Assembly: GCA_902529805.1 (NCBI GenBank)
Contig: CABZXU010000007.1
Span: forward strand, 877-64,876
Length of the DNA: 64,000 nt
Reading direction: 5' to 3'
DNA from: an uncultured Marinoscillum sp.
GTDB taxonomy: Bacteria; Bacteroidota; Bacteroidia; Cytophagales; MED-G16
This document shows, one piece after another, positions 10,056 to 20,360 of the stretch. The notes beneath the pieces are model-generated. The model was given only the letters and a program-made list of their open reading frames with translations, ran no database searches and was not told the origin of the DNA. The translations under genes were made by a program, and so were the position numbers. The stretch's first letter is position 1. Each line of letters begins with the position of its first letter.

Positions 10056-12473
10056 ATGACAAAATTTTCCAAAATTCTTTCAAATAAAATAAAGCTTTCA
10101 AAGCAAGAGATCTTAAATGATTATTATCTAATGAATAAAAGTAGAAATATAAGTCTTATTGGTAGAAAAGAAGTTTTCATGGGTCGAGCAAAATTTGGAG
10201 TTTTTGGAGATGGTAAAGAATTACCTCAAATAGCTATGTCTAAAGTTTTTAAGAATGGCGACATAAGAGCAGGTTATTATAGAGATCAAACTTTTATGAT
10301 GGCGATTGATCAATTAAACTCTGAACAGTTTTTTGCTCAACTTTATGCAAATACTGATATCTTAAAAGATCCTCATTCTGGAGGTAGACAAATGAACTCT
10401 CATTTTTCGACTAGAATGTTAAATAATAAGGGGGAATGGAAAACATTGACTGATATGAAAAATTCATCTAGTGATGTTTCATGTGTTGCAGGACAAATGC
10501 CACGTCTTATTGGCTTGGCATATGCATCTAAACTTTATAGAAAAAATAAAGAATTAAAAAATTACCATGATTTTTCAATAAACGGTAATGAAATAGCATT
10601 TGGAACAATTGGAAATGCAGCTACATCTGAAGGACACTTTTGGGAAACAATTAATGCTGCAGGTGTATTACAAATACCAATGATTTTATCGATTTGGGAT
10701 GATGATTACGGAATATCAGTGCCCGCAGAATATCATACAACTCGAAATGATTTATCAAAAGTTTTAAGTGGCTTTCAAAGAAAAAATAATAAAGAAAATG
10801 GTTTTGAATTATTTGAAGTATATGGTTGGGATTATTTGGGTTTACTGGAAGCGTATATTAAAGCAGAAGAATTTGCTAGAAAATATCATATTCCATGTAT
10901 AATTCATGTAAAGGAATTGACCCAACCTCAAGGTCATACAACATCAGGTTCCCATGAAAGATATAAAAGTAAAGAAAGGTTAAATTGGGAAAGAGATAAT
11001 GATTGTATAAAATTGATGAGAAAATGGATTTTAGAAAACAAAATTACTGAAGAAAATGAATTGGATAAGATTGAAAATAAAGCAACTCTTGATTCTAAAA
11101 AAAGTAGAGATAAGGCTTGGAAAGAATATAGAAATGAGATAAACGAAGATCTTCAAGAGGCAATTTCTGTATTAACCAGAGTTGCTCAAAATAGTCCTAA
11201 AAATAAGATTGAAATAATTAAATTTAGAAATGAATTAAATTCGGTACTTTTTCCTTTAAAAAGTGATATATATAAGTGTTTAAAAAAAGTTTTAATAATA
11301 ACAAGAGGTGAAGAAAATATCGCTAGAAAGTTTCTTATTGATTTGATAAATGAGAAATCTGAAAAATATACTTTTCAATATAGTTCTCATTTGTATAGTG
11401 AATCAAAGTTTTCGGCACTTAAAATTACAGAAGTAAAACCATCTTATGATGAAAACTCAAAAGTTGTAGATGGTAGAGAAATTATAAATTCTTGTTTTCA
11501 TTCAATTTTTACTAATAATAAGCTGGTTTTTGCAGTTGGCGAAGATGTTGGTTTAATTGGAGGTGTTAATCAAGGATTTGCTGGTATTCAAAAAAAGTTT
11601 GGTAAATTAAGAATTACTGATACCGGCGTTAGAGAAGCATCAATAATTGGTCAAGGTATTGGAGCAGCACTTAGAGGATTAAGACCTATTGTTGAGGTTC
11701 AGTATCTTGATTATATATATTGGGCAATTCAAACACTTTCAGATGATTTAGCTACTCTTCATTATAGAACTAAGGGTGGTCAAAAAGCACCATTAATTAT
11801 TAGGACAAGAGGGCATAGATTGGAAGGTATTTGGCATTCAGGATCACCTATGAGTGTTCTTGTTAATAGTTTAAGGGGAATTCATATTCTTACTCCTAGA
11901 AACTTTGTTCAAGCAACTGGAATGTATAATACAATGCTATTATCTGATGAACCTTCTATAATAGTTGAACCTCTCAATGCATATAGAAAGAAAGAAAAAA
12001 TGCCTAATAATATTTCTAAAGTAAGAGTTTCTTTAGGGATGCCTGAAATTATAACAGAAGGAAGTGATATTACTATTGTAACATATGGTTCTATTATTAA
12101 AATTGCTGAAGAAGCATCTACTATGTTAGAAAAAATTGGAATTTCTTGTGAAATAATTGATGTACAAACACTTCTACCTTTTGATATTAATCATAGTATT
12201 TTGGTATCGATAAAAAAAACAAATAGAGTTGTATTTTTGGATGAAGATGTTCCTGGAGGATGCACTGCTTATATGATGCAAAAAGTTTTAGAAGAACAAA
12301 ATGCATATAAATATTTAGACTCTAAACCTATAACGATATCAGCTAAGGAACATAGACCCTCTTATAGTAGTGATGGTGATTATTTTTCTAAGCCAAATTC
12401 TGAAGAAATTTTTGAAAAAATATACAATTTATTCAACGAAATAGATCCTAGATCTTATCCTAATTTAGTTTGA
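10056..12473 (+). CDS. 2-oxoacid (branched-chain/pyruvate-type) dehydrogenase E1 component, fused alpha+beta subunits
   Basis: One 805-aa ORF. The TPP-binding E1-alpha-like half comes first, followed by an E1-beta/transketolase-like half (GEDVG, TDTGVREASIIGQGIGAA). This fusion is typical of Flavobacteriia. Confidence 0.8.
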   Translation: MTKFSKILSNKIKLSKQEILNDYYLMNKSRNISLIGRKEVFMGRAKFGVFGDGKELPQIAMSKVFKNGDIRAGYYRDQTFMMAIDQLNSEQFFAQLYANTDILKDPHSGGRQMNSHFSTRMLNNKGEWKTLTDMKNSSSDVSCVAGQMPRLIGLAYASKLYRKNKELKNYHDFSINGNEIAFGTIGNAATSEGHFWETINAAGVLQIPMILSIWDDDYGISVPAEYHTTRNDLSKVLSGFQRKNNKENGFELFEVYGWDYLGLLEAYIKAEEFARKYHIPCIIHVKELTQPQGHTTSGSHERYKSKERLNWERDNDCIKLMRKWILENKITEENELDKIENKATLDSKKSRDKAWKEYRNEINEDLQEAISVLTRVAQNSPKNKIEIIKFRNELNSVLFPLKSDIYKCLKKVLIITRGEENIARKFLIDLINEKSEKYTFQYSSHLYSESKFSALKITEVKPSYDENSKVVDGREIINSCFHSIFTNNKLVFAVGEDVGLIGGVNQGFAGIQKKFGKLRITDTGVREASIIGQGIGAALRGLRPIVEVQYLDYIYWAIQTLSDDLATLHYRTKGGQKAPLIIRTRGHRLEGIWHSGSPMSVLVNSLRGIHILTPRNFVQATGMYNTMLLSDEPSIIVEPLNAYRKKEKMPNNISKVRVSLGMPEIITEGSDITIVTYGSIIKIAEEASTMLEKIGISCEIIDVQTLLPFDINHSILVSIKKTNRVVFLDEDVPGGCTAYMMQKVLEEQNAYKYLDSKPITISAKEHRPSYSSDGDYFSKPNSEEIFEKIYNLFNEIDPRSYPNLV

Positions 12474-13217
12474 TCAATTTTCTTTTAAAATAGATGTTAG
12501 CGTAAAATCTTGAGTTTCAATTATATTGCTATTGTTTAAACTTCGATCTTTAATTTTAATTTTTAATTTGAATATTTCGTTTTCTAGAATACTTTTGAAT
12601 CCATAAGAAACCATGGAATATGTTAAGTTTCCAGTTATTGATTGAGAATTAGAACTAATATTAAGTGGTGGAAATCTTGAATCAAAATCAAGTCCACAAG
12701 AGTACTCTTTATCAAATATTTTTTTCCAGTCAATAAACTCATAATTTTCCCCATTTTTAATATAATATTCAATAAAAATATTTTTATTATTTTCATTTTT
12801 TTGAATATAAAATGTATCAAGTTCAGTTGTTTGAAAGACTGTATCAATAATATAATCTTGACAACTAAATGAAGGTCTCGAATCCTCATTACTAAATAGT
12901 GAATATGAACCATTTGGTTTATACAAGTAGAGTGGGGGAGTAACATTGGTAGATCCTAATGTAACCCAATTTAAATTTTCATCAATAATTGCATCATATG
13001 GATTATAAGGAAAATTAATGTCATCGTTAGACAAACCTAGATCTCCATCTCCATCAGTAAATGAAATTGTTAAATTTATCGAGTCTTGATTTATATTATT
13101 ACTACTTTTAACATATTCTAGTTTTTCAAATGATATTGATGGAACATTTGAAAACTCTTCTTTTGGTAAGCAATTTGAAAAAAAAAGATATATAAAAACA
13201 AATAAAAATCTTTTCAT
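12474..13217 (-). CDS. hypothetical lipoprotein
   Basis: Signal peptide with a lipobox-like FFSNC. Contains an acidic DGDGDLGLSNDD stretch. No family recognised. Confidence 0.5.
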   Translation of the reverse strand: MKRFLFVFIYLFFSNCLPKEEFSNVPSISFEKLEYVKSSNNINQDSINLTISFTDGDGDLGLSNDDINFPYNPYDAIIDENLNWVTLGSTNVTPPLYLYKPNGSYSLFSNEDSRPSFSCQDYIIDTVFQTTELDTFYIQKNENNKNIFIEYYIKNGENYEFIDWKKIFDKEYSCGLDFDSRFPPLNISSNSQSITGNLTYSMVSYGFKSILENEIFKLKIKIKDRSLNNSNIIETQDFTLTSILKEN

Positions 13218-13228
13218 AATAAATGGAG

Positions 13229-15244
13229 CTAGTTTAATATATTATTTTTTTCAATCAATTTATTTAACTCAGACATACTATTTACGGGTAATTGACAAAC
13301 TTTGTTTTTACAGAGATACATATTAATTTTTTTTGTAAATAACTTACCTCTCAGAAGTTTCATATTATTTTTTTTTTCAGAAGCTAATATTACCTTATTG
13401 TTTGAATATTTTAAATTAATTTTTCTAATTGAATCTTTTGTGTTTTTACCAGTTAAAATAATTTCATTATACCCTATTCTATAATTTAATAGTACATTTA
13501 ACCAATTTGATAAAAATGAATGTTCTTGTTTACAAATCTTAATAACATTTAGCAGCATATTTTCACTAATTTTAAAATATTCACTTTCATCAAATATTTT
13601 TGATATTTTGATTAAATTTTCTGCCATGATAGAGTTTGATGAAGGTATTACGTTATCAAATATCTCTATTTTTTTTGCAATTAATTTATTTGAATTTTTT
13701 GATGAGTAATAAAAAAATTTTTCTTTTTTAGAATAAAATTTTTGTATTGAAATATCCATTAATTTTTTTGCTATTTTAATATATTCAATTTCTTGAGTAA
13801 CCTCATGATATTTTATAAAACTTTTAATGATTATTGAATAATCATCAAAAAAACCTTCAATATGAGTATCATAGGAATGAAGAAGCTTATTGTTTTTTAT
13901 CAATGATTTTCTAATAAATGAAATATTATTTTTTGCAATTTTAAGAAATTTATCATCGTTTGTTGCTTCATATGTATTTAACAATCCAATAAGTGTTAAT
14001 CCATTCCAAGATGATATTATTTTTTTATCAATTACTGGTTTTTCTTTTTTATTTCTTTTTTTAATTAATTTAAATTTTAGTTTATCTAATTTTTTAAAAA
14101 ATTCTTTTTTATTTATTTTCCATTTTTTTACAAAACTTGAATCATCATATTTTCTGTTTAATGTAGATTCATCTTCATTTGTATTTACTCCATAATAATC
14201 ACCAAACATTTTGTAATCTTTTCCTACTTCTTTAAAAAACTCATCATATTTCCATTTATAATATTTACCCTCTTCTCCTTCTGAATCTGCATCAATTGAG
14301 GAATAAAAACCACCATTTGGATCTATCATATTATTTTTTAACCATTCTGTTGTTTCATAAAGAATCCTTTTATAGTAATTATCGTTCGTTATTTTATAAA
14401 AATTTGAATATAAATTTAATAGCTGACCATTATCATATAACATTTTTTCAAAATGAGGAATTTTCCATTTTTCATCAACTGAATATCTACAAAAACCTCC
14501 TTCTATTTGATCATAAATCCCACCTTTAGAAATTTTATTTAATGTTAATGACAAATGATTTTTAATTTTTTTATCATTAAAAAAATATAAAAAATTTATT
14601 AAAAACTCCCAGATTGATGGCATTGGAAATTTAGGTGATCCAATTAAACCTCCATTAACTTTATCAAATTTTGATTTTAAATTCTCAATAATATTATCAA
14701 AGTAGTTTTTATTTATTTTTTCATTAGTTTTTGTAAGATTATATTTATCAATTTCACTTTTTTTTAAAGATTTTGTAAAGTTTGTTGCTGATTTTTCAAT
14801 TTCTTTTTTATTATTTTTATAGGCATTTGACACACTAATTAAAAGATTTTTCCAATTTTTTTTATCAAAATATGTTCCACCATAAAAAGGCTTTTGATTC
14901 GGTGTTAAAAAAATATTTAATGGCCAACCTCCATTTATTCCCATGGTTTGAATAGATTCCATATAGATTTTATCTATATCAGGCCTTTCTTCTCTATCTA
15001 CTTTTATATTAATAAAGTGATAATTCATTATTTCAGCTATTTCTTTATCCATAAATGATTCTTTTTCCATAACATGGCACCAGTGACATGAAGAGTACCC
15101 AATACTTAAAATAATTGGTATTTTTTCTTTTTTTGCTTTATTAAGAATTTCTTCATTCCAAGAAAACCAATTAACAGGATTTTTTGAATGACTTCTTAAG
15201 TATAGGCTATTTTCTTGTTTTAAAGAATTGTATGTTTTATTCAT
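13229..15244 (-). CDS. thioredoxin-domain protein (DUF255 / YyaL / SPATA20-like)
   Basis: N-terminal thioredoxin-like region with SCHWCHVMEKESF, then a long alpha-helical C-terminal region; 671 aa. Confidence 0.8.
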   Translation of the reverse strand: MNKTYNSLKQENSLYLRSHSKNPVNWFSWNEEILNKAKKEKIPIILSIGYSSCHWCHVMEKESFMDKEIAEIMNYHFINIKVDREERPDIDKIYMESIQTMGINGGWPLNIFLTPNQKPFYGGTYFDKKNWKNLLISVSNAYKNNKKEIEKSATNFTKSLKKSEIDKYNLTKTNEKINKNYFDNIIENLKSKFDKVNGGLIGSPKFPMPSIWEFLINFLYFFNDKKIKNHLSLTLNKISKGGIYDQIEGGFCRYSVDEKWKIPHFEKMLYDNGQLLNLYSNFYKITNDNYYKRILYETTEWLKNNMIDPNGGFYSSIDADSEGEEGKYYKWKYDEFFKEVGKDYKMFGDYYGVNTNEDESTLNRKYDDSSFVKKWKINKKEFFKKLDKLKFKLIKKRNKKEKPVIDKKIISSWNGLTLIGLLNTYEATNDDKFLKIAKNNISFIRKSLIKNNKLLHSYDTHIEGFFDDYSIIIKSFIKYHEVTQEIEYIKIAKKLMDISIQKFYSKKEKFFYYSSKNSNKLIAKKIEIFDNVIPSSNSIMAENLIKISKIFDESEYFKISENMLLNVIKICKQEHSFLSNWLNVLLNYRIGYNEIILTGKNTKDSIRKINLKYSNNKVILASEKKNNMKLLRGKLFTKKINMYLCKNKVCQLPVNSMSELNKLIEKNNILN

Positions 15245-15449
15245 TATAAAGCTATAATTAATGATAAAGTTATAATTATTAATAAAGTTTAATATCTTTG
15301 CGTAAGAAAATTGAATTTTAAAATGATTAGAATCATTTATATTTTCCTTTTTACATTAATAATTTCTTGTCAACAGAAGTTATGTCCTACCTATTCATCA
15401 ATTGATAATTCATTAATAGAATCTTCTGAGATTAAATCTATAAAAAAAC

Positions 15450-15823
15450 AAAAAGTAAGTTTATAAGCCGGATTCTGTATTTAATTTTTTTTTAAATTAA
15501 ATTCTTATCATTTATCTAGACTTAATATTGCTATTAAGTTCTATCAGTCTACCCGTTCAAAAAATAGCGAGCAGCTATTAGTGAAAATCACATTTGAACT
15601 ACTTGACCTTTCAGTTTATAAGGTTTACAAAACATTTAATATCACTATTAAACTGGTAAGCTTTTACCTTACCTTTTCACCCTTACCTAAAATAGGCGGT
15701 TTATTTTCTGTTGCACTTTCTGTTCTCAAATAAGAGACCTTCCAGTTAGGAAGTATAATGCTCTATACTGTCCGGACTTTCCTCTTCATAATTATTTATG
15801 AAGCGATAAGACAACTTACTTTG
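15450..15823 (-). ncRNA. rnpB: RNase P RNA, bacterial type A
   Basis: The reverse strand carries the conserved blocks GAGGAAAGTCCGGAC, GCAACAGAAA, AGGGTGAAAAGGTAAGGTAAAAGCTTACC, AGATAAATGAT and ACAGAATCCGGCTTA. The terminal P1 pairing is AAAGTAAGTT (15822-15813) with AACTTACTTT (15461-15452). Ends are approximate to a few nt. Confidence 0.85.
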
Positions 15824-15863
15824 ACAAAAGTATGTATATTTTTGTAACAAATTATATTTTGAA

Positions 15864-16868
15864 ATGAAAGAAGTTATTTTAGCAATTGAAACTTCATGTG
15901 ATGATACATCTGCTGCAATTGCAATAAATGGTATCATTAAAAGCAATATTATAAAATCTCAAGGTGTTCATTCCAATTACGGTGGAGTAGTTCCTGAAAT
16001 TTCATCAAGAGAACATCAAAAAAACATAATTTTAGTTGTTGAAGAAGCATTAAAGTCAGCAAAAGTTAAAAAAAATGATCTCAATGCTATTTCTTTTACA
16101 ATAGGTCCGGGTTTATTGGGATCTTTACTGGTTGGATGTTCTTTTGCTAAATCTCTTTCCTTTGCATTAAATCTCCCACTAATTGGAGTTGATCATATGA
16201 AAGCTCATGTTTTATCAAATTTTATTGATAATCCTATTCCTGATTTTCCTTTTATTTGTTTAACAGTTAGCGGAGGGCATACACAATTAGTCTTAGTTAA
16301 AGATTTTCTTAATATGAAAATAATTGGAGAAACACTTGATGATGCAGTAGGAGAAGCTTTTGATAAATCAGCAAAAATATTAGGAATTGAGTATCCTGGA
16401 GGTCCTATAATTGATAAGCTTTCTCAAAAAGGAAATCCTCTAAAATTCAAATTTTCAAAACCTAAAGTTTCAGACTTAAATTTTTCTTTTAGTGGTATTA
16501 AAACTTCAATATTATATTTTGTAAAATCACAAATGGAAAAAGATCCTGAGTTTATAGAGAAAAATTTAAATGATATCTCAGCAAGCATTCAATATTCATT
16601 AGTTGAAATTTTAATCGAAAAACTCATTAAAGCAGCTAATAAATATAAAATTTCAAATATTGCTATTGCTGGTGGAGTTTCAGCAAATTCATTATTGAGA
16701 ATAGAAATAGAAAAAGTTAAAAAAATTTATAATTGGACAACTTTCATCCCAAAAATTGAATATTGTACAGACAATGCGGCCATGATAGCTATTGGTGCTC
16801 ATTACTATATTAAGGAAAAAAGATTTGATGATATTAATGTATGTCCTAATCCTAGATTAAATTTTTAA
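15864..16868 (+). CDS. tsaD: tRNA N6-adenosine threonylcarbamoyltransferase TsaD
   Basis: ILAIETSCDDTSAAI, VDHMKAH and AGGVSAN motifs; 334 aa. Confidence 0.92.
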   Translation: MKEVILAIETSCDDTSAAIAINGIIKSNIIKSQGVHSNYGGVVPEISSREHQKNIILVVEEALKSAKVKKNDLNAISFTIGPGLLGSLLVGCSFAKSLSFALNLPLIGVDHMKAHVLSNFIDNPIPDFPFICLTVSGGHTQLVLVKDFLNMKIIGETLDDAVGEAFDKSAKILGIEYPGGPIIDKLSQKGNPLKFKFSKPKVSDLNFSFSGIKTSILYFVKSQMEKDPEFIEKNLNDISASIQYSLVEILIEKLIKAANKYKISNIAIAGGVSANSLLRIEIEKVKKIYNWTTFIPKIEYCTDNAAMIAIGAHYYIKEKRFDDINVCPNPRLNF

Positions 16869-17317
16869 TGAAAGAGAAAAATAAAATAAAAATCATTAAT
16901 AGAAAAGCTTCATTTAATTATGAATTGATAGAATCATTTATTGCTGGAATTTGCTTAAAAGGAACTGAAATTAAATCTATAAAGGAATCTAATGCATCAT
17001 TTAATAATGGTTTCTGTTTTTTTAAAAAAAATGAAATTTATATAAAGGGATTATACATCTCTGAATATTCATATGGAAATACTAATAATCATGATCCAAT
17101 GAGAGATAAAAAATTATTATTAAATAAAAATGAAATTATTAAACTAAAAAAAAACCTTGAAGAAAAAAATATGTCAATTGTTCCAAAGAAACTATTTGTA
17201 AATAATAAAGGGTTAGCTAAAATTGAAATATCATTAGCAAAGGGAAAAAAATTAGTTGATAAAAGGGAAAGTATAAAAAAGAAAGATATTGAAAGAAAAT
17301 TAAAACAAAATTATTAA
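16868..17317 (+). CDS. smpB: SsrA-binding protein SmpB
   Basis: INRKASFNYELIESFIAGICLKGTEIKS N-terminus; 149 aa. TAATG overlap with tsaD. Confidence 0.92.
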   Translation: MKEKNKIKIINRKASFNYELIESFIAGICLKGTEIKSIKESNASFNNGFCFFKKNEIYIKGLYISEYSYGNTNNHDPMRDKKLLLNKNEIIKLKKNLEEKNMSIVPKKLFVNNKGLAKIEISLAKGKKLVDKRESIKKKDIERKLKQNY

Positions 17318-18714
17318 AACCATTTAATTGAAAAATCAATTAACTTTTGTTTTAAGTCATTATATGGTGGCATCATTAAATCTGTAGCACTAGGTAAATT
17401 TTGTTTTAAAACACTTTTTTTGTTTGAAAACTCTTCAAATCCATATATTCCTTTAGATTTTCCTACTCCACTATTGTTTATTCCTCCAAAGGGTAAATTA
17501 CTGTTTGAATAATGCATTGCGCTATGATTAATACAAACTCCTCCAGAGGATGTATTATTTATAATCTTGTTTATATTATTTTTATTTCTACTGTATATAT
17601 ATAGTGCTAATGGTTTTTCTTTATTATTAATAAAATTTATAGCTTCATCTATAGATTCATATTCAAATAAAGGTAGAAGTGGACCAAAAATTTCTTCATG
17701 ATTTACGATTGATTTTTCTGAAACTTTTTCAATTATAGTAGGTTCAATAAAATTTTCTTTTTCAATACAATTTCCTCCATAAATTACCTTATCACCATTC
17801 TTTATTGAATCATCTAATAAAAGTTTTACTCGATTGAAGTGCTTTTTATTAACAATTCTACAGTATGATGATGATTTTGATACGTCTTCGTTATAGTATT
17901 CCTTAATCTTTGAGATAATAATTTTCTTAAATTTTTCTTTAATTGACTTATGGACTAAAACATAGTCAGGTGCAATACATATCTGGCCATTATTAATAAA
18001 TTTAGACCAAGCTATTCTTTTTGCTGCATTTTCAATTGAACAACTATTATCTATAATTGTAGGTGATTTTCCACCCAACTCTAACGTAACTGATGCTAAG
18101 TTTTTTGCTGCTGCTTCCATTACAACTTTCCCTATTACTGGCGAACCTGTAAAATAAATATGATTAAATGGAATCTTAAGTAAATTTTTTGCAACATCTG
18201 GCCCTCCAAGGATTACTTGTACTTCATTACTTTTAAATGTTTTTTCAACAATTAACTTTATAACTTTTGATGTATTTTCAGTTATTTCAGATGGTTTTAA
18301 AACAATAGAATTTCCAGCAGAAACAGCACTAATTAAAGGGATAAGTGAAAGGTTAACTGGAAAATTCCAAGGAGTAATTATAAGGACAACTCCTTTTGCT
18401 TCATTCTTTATATATGAATTTGATCCAAGAAGTGCTGCTGGTGTTTTTACTTTTTTATCTTTAAGCCAATTTTTAAGATTTTTAATATTATGTTTAATTT
18501 CAGATGTAACAGGGTAGATTTCAGTTAAATCAACTTCAGAAGGGTGCTTTTTAAAGTCTTCATACAAAGCTTTATGAATTTGTTTTTTGTATTCAATTAA
18601 AATTTTATTTAATTTTTTTAATTTTATAATTCTTTCTTTATAGGAAGTATTGGCTATTCTATTTTGATTTTTTTTTAATTCTAAAAAAACATTGTTTAAT
18701 TCTAATTTGTTCAT
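17314..18714 (-). CDS. aldehyde dehydrogenase family protein (ALDH3-like)
   Basis: ELGGKSP and the catalytic-Cys context GQICIAPDY. I prefer the start at 18714 (MNKLEL...) because it forms an ATGA overlap with the crcB stop. Confidence 0.85.
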   Translation of the reverse strand: MNKLELNNVFLELKKNQNRIANTSYKERIIKLKKLNKILIEYKKQIHKALYEDFKKHPSEVDLTEIYPVTSEIKHNIKNLKNWLKDKKVKTPAALLGSNSYIKNEAKGVVLIITPWNFPVNLSLIPLISAVSAGNSIVLKPSEITENTSKVIKLIVEKTFKSNEVQVILGGPDVAKNLLKIPFNHIYFTGSPVIGKVVMEAAAKNLASVTLELGGKSPTIIDNSCSIENAAKRIAWSKFINNGQICIAPDYVLVHKSIKEKFKKIIISKIKEYYNEDVSKSSSYCRIVNKKHFNRVKLLLDDSIKNGDKVIYGGNCIEKENFIEPTIIEKVSEKSIVNHEEIFGPLLPLFEYESIDEAINFINNKEKPLALYIYSRNKNNINKIINNTSSGGVCINHSAMHYSNSNLPFGGINNSGVGKSKGIYGFEEFSNKKSVLKQNLPSATDLMMPPYNDLKQKLIDFSIKWF

Positions 18715-19085
18715 AATGATTTGATAAATATTATTCCAAAATAACAAAATAATAATCCAAAACCAATGCTAGAAATTATATATAAAAACATTAAAAATAA
18801 TTTACCATCATTTATTAAGTTAAGACTTTCCATTGAAAAAGCAGAAAATGTTGTTAAGCCTCCACAAAATCCAACACCAACAAAAAGATATAATTTATTT
18901 AATAATAAATTATTTTCTTTAGCTAATGATGTAATCAATAATCCCAATAAAAAACAACCAATTATATTAACAAGAAAAGTGCCAAATGGAAAAAAAAATA
19001 TATTTTTTTCAAATATTTTTCCAATTCCATATCTAAAAATAGTTCCAATAAATCCCCCTAAACCAATCAAAATGATATTTTTCAT
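18711..19085 (-). CDS. crcB: fluoride ion channel CrcB/FluC
   Basis: 124 aa, 4 [26 protein letters not shown] and [12 protein letters not shown] motifs. Confidence 0.85.
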   Translation of the reverse strand: MKNIILIGLGGFIGTIFRYGIGKIFEKNIFFFPFGTFLVNIIGCFLLGLLITSLAKENNLLLNKLYLFVGVGFCGGLTTFSAFSMESLNLINDGKLFLMFLYIISSIGFGLLFCYFGIIFIKSL

Positions 19086-19531
19086 TTTTTTGATTTAGGA
19101 TAGAACTCTAAAGCAGCAGAATTTATACAATATCTTAATCCAGTTGGATTTGGACCATCATTAAAAAGATGACCCAAATGTCCTTTGCAATTTGAACAAA
19201 TAACTTCAATTCTTTTCATTCCATAACTGTTATCTTGTTGAAAACTTACATAATTATCATCGGATACATCATAAAAACACGGCCATCCAGTACCTGAATT
19301 AAATTTTGTATTTGAAATAAATAATTCTTGGTCACAGCCAGCACACTTATATGTTCCCTCTTTTTTATTATTCCAATATTTTCCAGTAAATGCTCTTTCT
19401 GTACCTTTTTCTCTTAATACGTAATATTGCATATCTGAAAGTTTTTCTTTCCAAAGATCGTTATCATTTTTTTTATCTTGACTTTTACAATTATAGAAGC
19501 AGAAAAAAATTATGATTAATATATATCTCAT
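19082..19531 (-). CDS. msrB: peptide-methionine (R)-S-oxide reductase MsrB, with an N-terminal export/lipoprotein signal
   Basis: SelR motifs: two CxxC pairs ([18 protein letters not shown]), GTGWPCF and RYCINS. The N-terminal [18 protein letters not shown] looks like a lipoprotein signal. Confidence 0.88.
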   Translation of the reverse strand: MRYILIIIFFCFYNCKSQDKKNDNDLWKEKLSDMQYYVLREKGTERAFTGKYWNNKKEGTYKCAGCDQELFISNTKFNSGTGWPCFYDVSDDNYVSFQQDNSYGMKRIEVICSNCKGHLGHLFNDGPNPTGLRYCINSAALEFYPKSKK

Positions 19532-19538
19532 AAAATAA

Positions 19539-20351
19539 TTATTTATTTAGGTTTACATCCAGTTGTGGGTAAGGTATATTTAATCCTTTTTTAGGAAATT
19601 CTTTGTAAACTTTTTCATTAAAGTCAAATTTTACAGGTTGAAAATCTTTTTTCTTAACCCATACTCTAACTCTAATATTTACTGAACTATCTGCTAGTTC
19701 AGATAGTACTATATCTGATTTTTCATCACTAAGAATTCTAGAATCTTTTTCAATCCATTCTGAAATTAGAGTTTTTGCTAGATCATAGTCATCACCATAT
19801 GCAATACAAAATATCCATTCAATTCTTCTTTTATCTTCAGCAGAAAAATTTATTAATGTTGAAGACTGAAGTAATCCATTTGGAACTATTACCCTTTTAT
19901 TTTCTATTGTTGTAAGCATGGTATTAAAGATTTGAATTTCTTTAACAGTTCCAGATATTCCTTCAAACTCAATCCAATCTCCAACCTTATAAGGTTTAAA
20001 AAATAAAATCATTACTCCTGCAGCAAAATTTTGAAGTGTATCTTTTAATGCTAAACCAACTGCTAAACCTGCCGCACCGAGAATAGCAAGAAATGAAGTC
20101 ATTTCTACTCCAATCATAGATAAAACGGATATAATTAAAGCTACTTGAAGAGAAATTGACAATAATGATTTTAAGAATGATACTAAAGAAGGATCAATAT
20201 TTTTTTTCTTGAGTAATTTTTCAAGACCAACTATGAATTTTTTAATGATCCATATACCAAAAATTAAAAAGACTAAACCCAAAATAATTTCAAGGCTCTT
20301 ACTTATAAGAAAGTCATAATCATTCAAATTAAAATCTATTTTACTATTCAT
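19539..20351 (-). CDS. small-conductance mechanosensitive channel (MscS family)
   Basis: Three N-terminal TM segments, then the MscS beta-domain region ([27 protein letters not shown]); 270 aa. Confidence 0.85.
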   Translation of the reverse strand: MNSKIDFNLNDYDFLISKSLEIILGLVFLIFGIWIIKKFIVGLEKLLKKKNIDPSLVSFLKSLLSISLQVALIISVLSMIGVEMTSFLAILGAAGLAVGLALKDTLQNFAAGVMILFFKPYKVGDWIEFEGISGTVKEIQIFNTMLTTIENKRVIVPNGLLQSSTLINFSAEDKRRIEWIFCIAYGDDYDLAKTLISEWIEKDSRILSDEKSDIVLSELADSSVNIRVRVWVKKKDFQPVKFDFNEKVYKEFPKKGLNIPYPQLDVNLNK

Positions 20352-20360
20352 TTTATTTAT

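Noticed and set aside
15323-15466. 47-codon plus-strand ORF with a lipoprotein-like leader (MIRIIYIFLFTLIISCQQK...) between the thioredoxin-domain gene and rnpB
   Set aside because: It is tempting because of the lipobox. However it is very short, has no homology I can recognise, and its last 17 nt overlap the 3' P1 strand of rnpB. I cannot support it without conservation or expression data.
15746-15946. 66-aa minus-strand ORF spanning the tsaD start and the rnpB 5' region
   Set aside because: It overlaps the conserved GAGGAAAGTCCGGAC core of RNase P RNA and the tsaD N-terminus. The region is explained by the ncRNA and tsaD.
18766-19098. 110-aa plus-strand ORF antisense to crcB
   Set aside because: It lies entirely within and antisense to a gene with clear CrcB motifs, and its translation has no recognisable features. 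Long antisense ORFs are expected in AT-rich DNA, where stop codons are depleted opposite to coding frames.
19086-19531. Fluoride riboswitch upstream of crcB
   Set aside because: The crcB start overlaps the msrB stop (ATGA), so there is no leader. The short gaps further upstream (19532-19538, 20352-20360, 20730-20775) are too small for the ~50-60-nt aptamer plus expression platform, and they are AT-only.
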